From NCBI GenBank assembly GCA_021325135.1, contig JAJPHT010000036.1, positions 32,001 to 96,000 on the forward strand: a stretch of 64,000 nucleotides of DNA. Direction: 5' to 3'. The translations under genes and the position numbers were made by a program. The notes below the pieces were generated by a model. The model was not told where the DNA came from. It saw only the letters and a program-made list of their open reading frames with translations, and made no database searches. Source of the stretch: Pseudomonadota bacterium. Its GTDB lineage: Archaea; Thermoplasmatota; SW-10-69-26; JACQPN01; JAJPHT01. Each line of letters starts with the position of its first letter. The stretch's first letter is position 1. This document shows, piece after piece, positions 35,339-43,402 of the stretch.

Positions 35339-35393
35339 CAACGTTCCCCCGCGCTCGCGCGCCCCTTAAGCCAAGCCCCCCGCGTGCCCCCTC

Positions 35394-36308
35394 GTGGACC
35401 CCGTCCTCGCGTGGCTCCTCGACCCCTCCGACCCCGCCGTGCGCGCGCGGACGCTCACGGACCTCCTGGGCCGGGCGCCCGACGACCCGGAGGTCCAGGA
35501 GGCGCGCCGCGCCATCGCCCAGCGGGGCTCGGCCGCGCGCGTGCTATCAGGCCTCGCGATCGCCGGGAAGGACTCGCGCTCGCTCTACCGCCCGAAGTAC
35601 GGCGCGCCCTTCCATCGCCTGGTCGCGCTCGCGGAGATGGGCGTCCCGGCCTCGGTCCCCGCCGCGGGGGCCCTGCTGGAGGCGTGCCTCGACGCGTTCT
35701 ACGCGGACTGGGACGACCAGGAGGTGTGCCTCACGGGGAACCTCGCCCGCTCCGCGCTGCTCATGGGGCGCGGCGACGATGCGCGCGTGGAGCGCGCCCT
35801 GCGCTGGCTCGTGGACGCGCAGCTTCCCGACGGCGGCTGGCACTGCTGGCCCGACCAGGCGCCCCCCGGCACGCTGGACGCGTGGGAGGCCCTGGGCGCG
35901 TTCGCCGCGGTCCCTCCCGCGGACCGCCCGCCGAGGATGCGCGAGGCGGCGGCGCGCGGCGTCGGGTTCCTCCTGGAGAATCGCCTGGGGATGGACGACC
36001 CCTACGAGCCGTGGCGGCGCCTGCACTTCCCGCGGCACTACTACTACGACGCGCTGGTCGGCCTGGAGCTGGCGACCTCGCTGGGCGATCCGCGCGACGA
36101 GCGGTTGCGCCCCGCTCTGAGGTGGCTGGAGGGGAAGCGCGACGCGGATGGCCGCTGGCGCGCGGACCGGCCGCACCCGGACCTGGACGAGGGCGCAGAC
36201 TACACGCTGCGCGACCGCGGCTCGGTGAAGCCCCTCGTGGTGGAGGACGAGGGCAGGCCCAGCAAGTGGGTGACGCTGGCCGCGCGACACGTCCTGGCGC
36301 GCCTCTGA
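35394..36308 (+). CDS. Prenyltransferase/squalene-cyclase-repeat (alpha-alpha barrel) protein
   Basis: QW-like motifs QLPDGGW and RDADGRW, FPRHYYYD, PSKWVT. Confidence 0.75.
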   Translation: MDPVLAWLLDPSDPAVRARTLTDLLGRAPDDPEVQEARRAIAQRGSAARVLSGLAIAGKDSRSLYRPKYGAPFHRLVALAEMGVPASVPAAGALLEACLDAFYADWDDQEVCLTGNLARSALLMGRGDDARVERALRWLVDAQLPDGGWHCWPDQAPPGTLDAWEALGAFAAVPPADRPPRMREAAARGVGFLLENRLGMDDPYEPWRRLHFPRHYYYDALVGLELATSLGDPRDERLRPALRWLEGKRDADGRWRADRPHPDLDEGADYTLRDRGSVKPLVVEDEGRPSKWVTLAARHVLARL

Positions 36309-36361
36309 CGCTTTCCGGAAAACCAACGGGCTCATCCCTGGCGCGGGCAGACCGGGCGGGC

Positions 36362-37129
36362 ATGCGAGCCGCGCGTCTCGCCTTCGCCGCAGCCTGCCTC
36401 CTGATCCTCGCCCTTCCAGACGCGGCGCCCGCGGGGACCGGCCACGGCCTCCGCCTGCGGGGGGAGCGCCTGGGCACGAGCACGAACTGGGCCGGCTACG
36501 CCATCGAGACGAGCCTGGCCTCCCCGGCGCGCGGCGCGGTCTCCGACGTGAAGGGCTCGTGGATCGTGCCCGCGGTGGACTGCTCGGCCACCGGAGGCGT
36601 GAGCGCCTACAGCGCGTCGTGGGTCGGCATCGACGGCTACTCCTCCAACAGCGTCGAGCAGACCGGCACCGAGTCCGACTGCCTCAACAACGGCGCGACG
36701 CCGTACTACGCCGCGTGGTGGGAGATGTACCCCAAGGGCTCGCGGCGCATCGGCATGACGATCCACCCGGGGGACCAGATGCGCGCCGAGGTGCGCTGGA
36801 CGGGCTCCGCCTTCGTGCTGACCCTCGCCGACGCGACGACGGGCGCCACCTTCACGACGACGCAGCGCGCCAAGGCCGACCGCTCCAGCGCCGAGTGGGT
36901 CGTCGAGGCGCCCTGGTCCGGCGGCGTCCTGCCCCTGGCCGACTTCGGCTCGACCTCCATGACCGGCGCCAGCGCCACCGTGAACGGGCACACGGGCGCG
37001 ATCTCCGACGCGGCTTGGCAGGCCGACGGCATCCAGATGGTCAACGGCGCGGGGCAGACCAAGGCCGCCACTGGGCCCCTCGACGCGACGGGGGCGTCCT
37101 TCACCGTCTCGTGGCTGCGCGCTTCGTGA
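36362..37129 (+). CDS. Secreted glutamic peptidase, family G1
   Basis: Signal peptide; STNWAGY, WVGIDG, EQTGT (Gln), WWEMYP, SAEWVVE (Glu). Confidence 0.92.
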   Translation: MRAARLAFAAACLLILALPDAAPAGTGHGLRLRGERLGTSTNWAGYAIETSLASPARGAVSDVKGSWIVPAVDCSATGGVSAYSASWVGIDGYSSNSVEQTGTESDCLNNGATPYYAAWWEMYPKGSRRIGMTIHPGDQMRAEVRWTGSAFVLTLADATTGATFTTTQRAKADRSSAEWVVEAPWSGGVLPLADFGSTSMTGASATVNGHTGAISDAAWQADGIQMVNGAGQTKAATGPLDATGASFTVSWLRAS

Positions 37130-37176
37130 GCCGCTTCGCCGCGCCCCCAATTGATATCTCCCTGGCCAGGCCTGCT

Positions 37177-37246
37177 CGATGCAACCCGAACCAACGAACC
37201 AAAGTCAGAGCCGTGGTTCGGTGGTTCGTTGGTTCGGGTTGCATCG
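37177..37246. repeat. Palindromic intergenic element, family P1 copy 2
   Basis: CGATGCAACCCGAACCAACGAACCA-loop-TGGTTCGGTGGTTCGTTGGTTCGGGTTGCATCG; left arm one 8-bp unit shorter. Confidence 0.9.
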
Positions 37247-37264
37247 TGGAGCGCGAGAAAACGC

Positions 37265-37561
37265 TCAGCCCATATAGCCCGGGAGCAACAGGAGAGTGCC
37301 CTGGGACGCGGACTGGCGCAGCCGCATCACCGGCTGGTACGCGGGCGAGGCGTGCCACGCGCGCGCCTTCTCCTCCGAAGGGAACTCCAGGATGATGGCG
37401 CGCGAGGGCGCGGGCCCCCCTTCCAGCGTCTCGGGGCCGGGCCTGCGCGCGAGGAAGCGCCCCCCGAAGGGCGCGAGCGTGGCCTCCACCTGCCCCACGT
37501 ACTGCTTGTACGTCTCGGGGTCGGAGATGGACTGGATGAGGGCGACGACGTAGGCAGGCAT
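37265..37561 (-). CDS. DUF1330 domain protein
   Basis: MPAYVVA...FGGRFLAR...LEG...ILEFPS...AWHASPAYQ. Confidence 0.9.
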   Translation of the reverse strand: MPAYVVALIQSISDPETYKQYVGQVEATLAPFGGRFLARRPGPETLEGGPAPSRAIILEFPSEEKARAWHASPAYQPVMRLRQSASQGTLLLLPGYMG

Positions 37562-37587
37562 GGACCCTGCACCGCGGCGGCCTGGCT

Positions 37588-39825
37588 TCAGGCTGAGCCC
37601 CGCGCGGCGGCGAGCGCGTGGCCCCACGCGGCCGCGTAGGCCTCGGCGGGCTTGCCGCGCACGTCGTCGTCCCGCGCCAGGGGCACGTCGGTGAGGCCGA
37701 AGGAGCGCACGTAGACGCCGCGGATCCACGGGCGCGCGTTGGCCGCCTTGAGGAACGCCTCGAACGCCATGCGCTGCTCCTCGCCGCTCCACGGCTTCGC
37801 GTGGTTCACCTCGGTGTTGGCGCCCTCGCTCTCAGGGACGATGACGCCGCTGAGCGCGCCCTGGACCGACTGCGCGCTCACCTGCAGCTCGATGGGCTTG
37901 CCCAGCGTGGCGTTGAGCGGCGCGAGGCGCGAGTCCAGGAAGCCCGCGGCCCACGCGTCCACGTCCGCCTGCGTCGCGTTGGCGCTCAGGTTGTACGCCG
38001 GCGCCGATTGGGCGATGACGTCCGTGTCCTTCCAGTAGTCGAAGGCGGGCGTGAACGGGTCGTAGACGGCCACGAGCGTCCCGCGGTACTGCTGGCGCAT
38101 CTGCGCGATGATGTGCCGCATGCCCCCGTTGATCTGCGCGAGGATCGCGGGGTCCGTCACGTCGAAGCCCGGCTCGCGCCCGTGGACGAGGAGCTGGTCC
38201 ATGCCGGCGGCCTGCGCGAGGCGCGCCTGCTCGACGTTGAAGCGCTCGTTCTCCTCCAGCCACGCGGCCCACCACGTCGCGTTGAACGCGCGCGGGTGCG
38301 GGAGCAGCGCCTCGCCGCCCACCATCTGCGTGTACTCGTAGATGGACAGGTTGCGGGCGTGGGCGAGCTTCGCGGCGCGCATCGCCTCCGACGTGGGCAG
38401 GTAGAGCGTCATGGGATCGTCGCGCTGGATGCGGGGAAGAGGGTCGATGGCGGCGTAGCCCATCACCTGGTTGACGACGACGCCGTGATATCCTTCCGCG
38501 GCGTAGCGGTCGAAAAGCTCGGGGAGGTGGACGGCGTGCATCGTCCCGTAGAGGTCCGGCGGGTACGCCCACAGGTCGAAGGCGTGCTGGATGGGCGGCG
38601 CGGCGGCGTTGGCCGCGGGGATGGGCCCGTCCTGCTGCTTCCACGCCGCGACGACGTCCTCCATCGCGGGCCCCGCGACGACGCGGTCCGCCTTCGCCTC
38701 GTCCCCCGCGTCGGGGACCCCCTTGTAGTAGCGGTACGCGAGGCCCTTCGCGTCGCCCGACTCCACCAGCGTCCACGATGTCGCGTTGACGCGGTGCATG
38801 GGAAGGTACTGCACCGTCGTCCCCTTGATGCCCACGACCTCCGTGGGCGACGTGTACGCGGGCACCGTGACGTTGAACCACGTCGCGCGGTCGCCCACGA
38901 AGGACCCCAGCGCGTCGCGCAGGACGAGCCCGTCGTGGGCCACGAAGCCGCGGACGACGGGGGAGCCGTCCTCGCGGCGCTCGTAGCTCGTCGCGACGTT
39001 GCCCACGCTGTAGAGGTAGTCGACCCACTGGCCTTCGTGCAGGTCCAGGTCGAGCCCGCCCGGAGGCATCGTCTGGAAGTTCTCCTCGATGAAGCGGTTC
39101 TGGTAGAGGAACCGGGGCCCGATCTGCGCGGCCGTGCCGAACACGCGCACCTCGTGGTGGGGCGGCGTCGGGCCCGTCGCCACCAGGCGCACGCGCGCCA
39201 GCGGCGCGGCGTCCAGGCGCACCTCCATCTCCCCGGGGCGGACCACCAGGGAGCGCGCGCGGTGGCTCCCGTCCAGCGTGTAGACCGTGACCAGCATCGC
39301 GCGGTCGCGCACGGCCACGTCGAACGTGCCGTTGAGCGTGGAGGCGAGGATGCCGTCCGCGACGACGATGGGCTCCAGCACGGGCTCGCCCGTCGCATTG
39401 TCGAGGACGCGGCCCGAGAGGCGCGCGGAGCGCGGCGTCGCGTCGGGGCCGAACGCCCACGCCTCGTCTTCCACCGTCTGGTCGCGGGCGACGACCAGCG
39501 CGCGGCTGGCCTCGCGGCCGGGCTGCACCTGCTCGCGGTGGTCGTAGTCCAGCCCCACGGGCGCGTAGGCGTAGCGCACCAGCGCGCCCACGGGGAGCGC
39601 CACCGCGGCCTCGAAGGAGTCCCCCTTGCGCTGCATGTCGACGTTGGGCCGCGCGCTGGCGCCCCACTGAAAGGGGAACGCGAGCTGGAGGGCCGAGACG
39701 CCGGGCGCGTGGACGCGGAACGTGATCGAGGCCGTGGATGCGCCGGGGCTCGGGGCCGTCTCCGGCCTCGTGCAGCCCGGGAGGACGAGGAGGGCAAGGG
39801 CCAGGAGGGCGAGCGCGGGGCGCAT
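37588..39825 (-). CDS. Lipoprotein with CBM/Ig-like N-terminal modules and a GH113-like TIM barrel
   Basis: Lipobox LPGC; repeated VRYAY/VDYLY/YRYY beta modules; C-terminal ARLAQAAGMD...IIAQMRQQYRGTL...GEEQ..AFEAFL...RGKPAE. Confidence 0.7.
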   Translation of the reverse strand: MRPALALLALALLVLPGCTRPETAPSPGASTASITFRVHAPGVSALQLAFPFQWGASARPNVDMQRKGDSFEAAVALPVGALVRYAYAPVGLDYDHREQVQPGREASRALVVARDQTVEDEAWAFGPDATPRSARLSGRVLDNATGEPVLEPIVVADGILASTLNGTFDVAVRDRAMLVTVYTLDGSHRARSLVVRPGEMEVRLDAAPLARVRLVATGPTPPHHEVRVFGTAAQIGPRFLYQNRFIEENFQTMPPGGLDLDLHEGQWVDYLYSVGNVATSYERREDGSPVVRGFVAHDGLVLRDALGSFVGDRATWFNVTVPAYTSPTEVVGIKGTTVQYLPMHRVNATSWTLVESGDAKGLAYRYYKGVPDAGDEAKADRVVAGPAMEDVVAAWKQQDGPIPAANAAAPPIQHAFDLWAYPPDLYGTMHAVHLPELFDRYAAEGYHGVVVNQVMGYAAIDPLPRIQRDDPMTLYLPTSEAMRAAKLAHARNLSIYEYTQMVGGEALLPHPRAFNATWWAAWLEENERFNVEQARLAQAAGMDQLLVHGREPGFDVTDPAILAQINGGMRHIIAQMRQQYRGTLVAVYDPFTPAFDYWKDTDVIAQSAPAYNLSANATQADVDAWAAGFLDSRLAPLNATLGKPIELQVSAQSVQGALSGVIVPESEGANTEVNHAKPWSGEEQRMAFEAFLKAANARPWIRGVYVRSFGLTDVPLARDDDVRGKPAEAYAAAWGHALAAARGSA

Positions 39826-39943
39826 CGGGGCAGCAAGCATGGCGCCCGTGGATGACCGTGCCGGCTTGCGTCGGCACAATCCCTACCGGTCTATACTCTC
39901 GTGACCGGGAGGTGAACGCGATGGAGCGCCCACTCTCCTCCCG

Positions 39944-40270
39944 ATGAGACGCGCCCCCGCTGCGATCCTCTCCCTTCTCGTCAGCCTCCCCGCGGCGGGG
40001 AGCGCGCTCGTCGTCCTCTCCGCGCCGCCCCTCTCGGGCCTCCTCCCCGCGTTCGTCGAGCGCGCGCTGGCGCCCGCGGCGGAGTTGCCCTTCCGGCTCG
40101 TGGCGCGGCTGCCTTCGGGCTCCCTCGCAGCCCGCCTCTTCTACGGCTCCTTCGCGCCGCTGCCGGCGATCTTCGGGTCGGCCGCGCTGGCGGTCCACGC
40201 CGCGCTGCTGGGGCTCCCGTGGCTTGGGCTGGCCCTCCTCGTGGCCTCCCGCGCGCGGCGCGAGGCGTGA
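39944..40270 (+). CDS. Small hydrophobic membrane protein
   Basis: Hydrophobic ORF filling the gap before the CBS gene; ATGA-coupled to an 8-codon ORF at 39921. Confidence 0.5.
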   Translation: MRRAPAAILSLLVSLPAAGSALVVLSAPPLSGLLPAFVERALAPAAELPFRLVARLPSGSLAARLFYGSFAPLPAIFGSAALAVHAALLGLPWLGLALLVASRARREA

Positions 40271-40315
40271 CGGCTCCGCGCGAGCGCAAGCCAGATATCG
40301 CCCGCCAGCAGAGAG

Positions 40316-40741
40316 ATGCGCATGCTCGTGGACTCGCTCATGCATCGCCCCGTGGTGGCCGCGGACGCGCGCGCCAGCGTGCGCGACGCGGCGCGGCTCA
40401 TGGAGCGCCAGCGCGTGGGCTGCCTCGTGGTGACGCGGGGCGACGACGCGGTGGGAATCGTCACGGAGCGCGACGTGGTCTTCCGCGTCGTGGGCGCGGG
40501 GCGCGACCCCGACGCCACGCGCCTGGAGGAGATCATGAGCGCGCCCATCGCGACGGTGCCCCCCGACGCGAGCGTCGACGACGCCGCGGCGCTCATGAAG
40601 CGCCTGCGCATCAAGCGCCTCGTCGTGCTGGACGCGGGCGAGGCGCGCGGCGTCATCTCGGTGACGGACATCGCCTACGCGAGCCCCGAGGCGAGCCGCG
40701 CGATGCTGGATGCGTGGGTCAAGCAGCGATGGGAGGACTAG
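40316..40741 (+). CDS. CBS-domain pair protein
   Basis: VGCLVV...GIVTERD; IKRLVV...GVISVTD. Confidence 0.93.
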   Translation: MRMLVDSLMHRPVVAADARASVRDAARLMERQRVGCLVVTRGDDAVGIVTERDVVFRVVGAGRDPDATRLEEIMSAPIATVPPDASVDDAAALMKRLRIKRLVVLDAGEARGVISVTDIAYASPEASRAMLDAWVKQRWED

Positions 40742-40759
40742 GGGTGATGGCAAAAGCCA

Positions 40760-40858
40760 AAAGCGGGGGGTTCGGGGGGCGCAGCCCCCTGACGTGAAAG
40801 AAAAGTCCAGCAGACGACCGAAACGTCAGGGGGGCGAGCCCCCTGAAACCCCCGCTTT
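40760..40858. repeat. Inverted doublet of GGGGGC-N2/3-GCCCCC palindromes (REPIN-like)
   Basis: AAAGCGGGGGGTTCGGGGGGCGCAGCCCCCTGACGT ... ACGTCAGGGGGGCGAGCCCCCTGAAACCCCCGCTTT between convergent genes. Confidence 0.75.
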
Positions 40859-41768
40859 AGGCCGGGAACCCCACGCCGCCCGCAGGCGCCCCGCTGCCCC
40901 AGCAGGTCGCACGCAGGCCCGCCGTGCCCACGCCGACGATGGCGCAGCTGTGTCCCCAGCCGGAGGCCACGCCGATGGCGTTGCCCAGGCCGTAGGAGCC
41001 GCCGCCGTCGGACGCGCTGCCGTTGCACGAGACGTTGCCGGTGAGGTGGAGCACGCAGGTGACGCCCCAGTCGCCCGCCGCGATGGCGGTGGCGTCGCCC
41101 GTCGAGTCGACGACGGTCTCGCCCGACCAGTAGCCCCAGCCGCGGCAGCGCACGGTGTGGTCCTTGAAGAGGATGCACGTGTGGGACTGGCCCGCGGAGA
41201 CCTGGAGCGTGTCGGTCCCGGTGTAGTTGAACATCTGGTCCTCCTGGTCGCCCTCGCACGTGACCTGGCCCGTCTTCAGGCGCAGGCAGGTGTGCCAGCC
41301 GCCCACGGCGAGCTGCGCGACGTCGCCCAGGGAGCGCTGGATCGCCTCGCCCTGCGCGTCGTTGCCCCAGCAGTGGACGTCGCCCGCGCGGGTGAGCACG
41401 CACGCATGGAACGCGCCCAGGCCCACGTCCACGGCGTCGCCGCCGTTGTAGCCGCCCTCGGCGAAGAAGCCGTGGCAGTCCACGTTGCCGGTGATGCGCA
41501 GCACGCAGGTCTGGTCGATGCCGGTGGCGACCTTGGAGGCGTCGCCGGTGCGGTCCTCGAAGGTGGGCTCGCCCAGGTCGTTCACGCAGCGGACCCAGCC
41601 GGGCGTCTGGACGACGCAGGTGGTCCCCTCGCCGGCGGCGACCTGGGTGATGAGCGCGCGGGGGGCGTCGAGGGCGTCGGCCGCGCAGCAGGCAAGAAGG
41701 AGGGCGCACGCCAGGGCGGCGCTGAAGGTGGTTCGCAAGGTGAAGCCTCGCGCCGCACGAGCCGGCAA
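40857..41768 (-). CDS. Secreted RCC1-like beta-propeller protein
   Basis: Repeated VAAG..HTC.L...G.V.CWG motifs after a signal peptide. Confidence 0.85.
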   Translation of the reverse strand: MPARAARGFTLRTTFSAALACALLLACCAADALDAPRALITQVAAGEGTTCVVQTPGWVRCVNDLGEPTFEDRTGDASKVATGIDQTCVLRITGNVDCHGFFAEGGYNGGDAVDVGLGAFHACVLTRAGDVHCWGNDAQGEAIQRSLGDVAQLAVGGWHTCLRLKTGQVTCEGDQEDQMFNYTGTDTLQVSAGQSHTCILFKDHTVRCRGWGYWSGETVVDSTGDATAIAAGDWGVTCVLHLTGNVSCNGSASDGGGSYGLGNAIGVASGWGHSCAIVGVGTAGLRATCWGSGAPAGGVGFPA

Positions 41769-41873
41769 GGCGGGATGAACCCTCGCGTGTCACGCCTCGG
41801 GGTGATCCGTCAACGTCCTGCAGTCAAGCGTTATATTCCCCTCCCGTGGTTCGGGGCCCAGGGAGGCTTCCTC

Positions 41874-42599
41874 ATGCGCCGCGCGCTCGCCCTCGTCCTT
41901 CTCGTCGTCCTCACCCTTGGATGCACGCGGCCCGAGCCGCAGCGGGAGGACACCGCGTCCACGGACGTCGCCGCCGACGGGAGCGTCAACGCCACCGCGC
42001 AGGCGGGGCCGGTCAACGCCACGGCCGAGACGCAGGCGAACTCCAGCGCGCCGCAGGAGGACTCCGCGCCCCCGCCCGCGACCAACGGCACGGAGGAGCA
42101 GAACCAGAGCGCTCCGTGGAACGGGACGCCCCCCACCATCCCGCCCATGCCCCCCATGCCGCCGATGCCCCCGTTCCCCAACCAGACCGAGGTGCACCAC
42201 TTCGAGGGCGCGTTCGACCTCGTGCTCACCGCGGCGCCCGTGGCCGGCGGGGACCCCACCGGCTCGGACCCCGACTGCGTGGCCATCCTCTCGGACAACA
42301 GCACGCAGATCCTCGTGGGCGCCGCCAACGCGACCTGGGTCTCCACGCTGCCCACGGCGGACGCGCTGGCGCTCTCCCAGGACACGGCCGCCAACGGCAC
42401 GGCCGACGCGGAGGGCGCCTCGCCCCTGAAGCTCACGCTCAAGGGGACGATGGTGCCGCCCGCGGGCGCGAAGCAGGTGGACGTGCGCCTCGGGCTGCCC
42501 AGCGACGCGCCCGCCCTCGCGCTGAAGCAGGACGTGAAGCTGACGCTCGCCTTCGACTACACGGGGCCCGCGCCGAAGGCGCAGGCGAGCGTCTGCTGA
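41874..42599 (+). CDS. Lipoprotein of unknown function
   Basis: MRRALALVLLVVLTLGC lipobox; GGAGG upstream; PMP repeat linker. Confidence 0.8.
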   Translation: MRRALALVLLVVLTLGCTRPEPQREDTASTDVAADGSVNATAQAGPVNATAETQANSSAPQEDSAPPPATNGTEEQNQSAPWNGTPPTIPPMPPMPPMPPFPNQTEVHHFEGAFDLVLTAAPVAGGDPTGSDPDCVAILSDNSTQILVGAANATWVSTLPTADALALSQDTAANGTADAEGASPLKLTLKGTMVPPAGAKQVDVRLGLPSDAPALALKQDVKLTLAFDYTGPAPKAQASVC

Positions 42600-42602
42600 G
42601 CC

Positions 42603-42902
42603 TCAGAGCTGGAAGCTCTCGTCGACGAGGCAGACGTAGACGAATCCGCCGCGGCAGACCAGGATGTGGCCCGTGACGGCGCTGCCGTCGGTCTGGACCG
42701 AGGCCTCCGCGCCAAGCGTGGGGCAGTCGAAGCAGCCGGCGACGTTGCCCACGCCCGCGTGCGCGTCGACGCCGAGGCACGTCGGGCAGGACGCGGTGGG
42801 CAGCGTCGGCGTCGCGCCCACGGAGACGCCGAGGTCCTGGGACGCGGCAGCGAGGGGCGTGAGGAAGGCGAGGGCAACGAGAAGAAGGGCTGCGGTGCGC
42901 AT
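42603..42902 (-). CDS. Small secreted protein with two CxxC motifs
   Basis: Signal peptide; CPTC, CFDC and a C-terminal C-x7-C. Confidence 0.65.
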   Translation of the reverse strand: MRTAALLLVALAFLTPLAAASQDLGVSVGATPTLPTASCPTCLGVDAHAGVGNVAGCFDCPTLGAEASVQTDGSAVTGHILVCRGGFVYVCLVDESFQL

Positions 42903-42945
42903 GCACGCCCCGCAGCGGGGAAGGCGCGGAAGACGGTTCCGGTGC

Positions 42946-43263
42946 TTACTTCGCGCCGAGGCTGGACTTGAAGCCCTTGCCGGGGCGGAACTTGACCTTC
43001 GTGCTGGCGGGCTTGGGCTTCGTGATGTACTCCTCGCCCGTGAAGGGGTTCTTGGCCTTCTTGCCGCCCTTCTGCGCGGGCTTCACGGTCTTGGAGAAGA
43101 CGCCCACGCCGGTGACGGAGACGCGGTCGTTCTTCTTGAGGAGCATCGCGACGCCGTCGAAGGTCGCCTTGATGCTCTCGCGGGCCTGCTTGGGCGTGAG
43201 GCCGGTCTTCTTCGCGACGTGCTCGGCGATGTCGGTGGTCTTGGCGGTCTTGGAGGCAGCCAT
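42946..43263 (-). CDS. HU-family DNA-binding protein
   Basis: IAEHVAKKTGLT...VSVTGVGVF...NPFTGE...VKFRPGK. Confidence 0.93.
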   Translation of the reverse strand: MAASKTAKTTDIAEHVAKKTGLTPKQARESIKATFDGVAMLLKKNDRVSVTGVGVFSKTVKPAQKGGKKAKNPFTGEEYITKPKPASTKVKFRPGKGFKSSLGAK

Positions 43264-43402
43264 GAGTGGGATTCTCCCGACGCCCGAACGCGGCCCTCCC
43301 GTTTGAATCCCACTCCCATGCGTCGGCGCCGCGGGTTTTGCGCCGTTTTCGCGCGTCCGGGCTCCAACAAGAGCTAAGTGGCCGCCTTCGGGTCGCGCGT
43401 CC

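Noticed and set aside
42141-42173. 9-bp tandem repeat encoding PPMPPMPPMPP
   Set aside because: Ordinary low-complexity linker in a lipoprotein; no sign of phase variation
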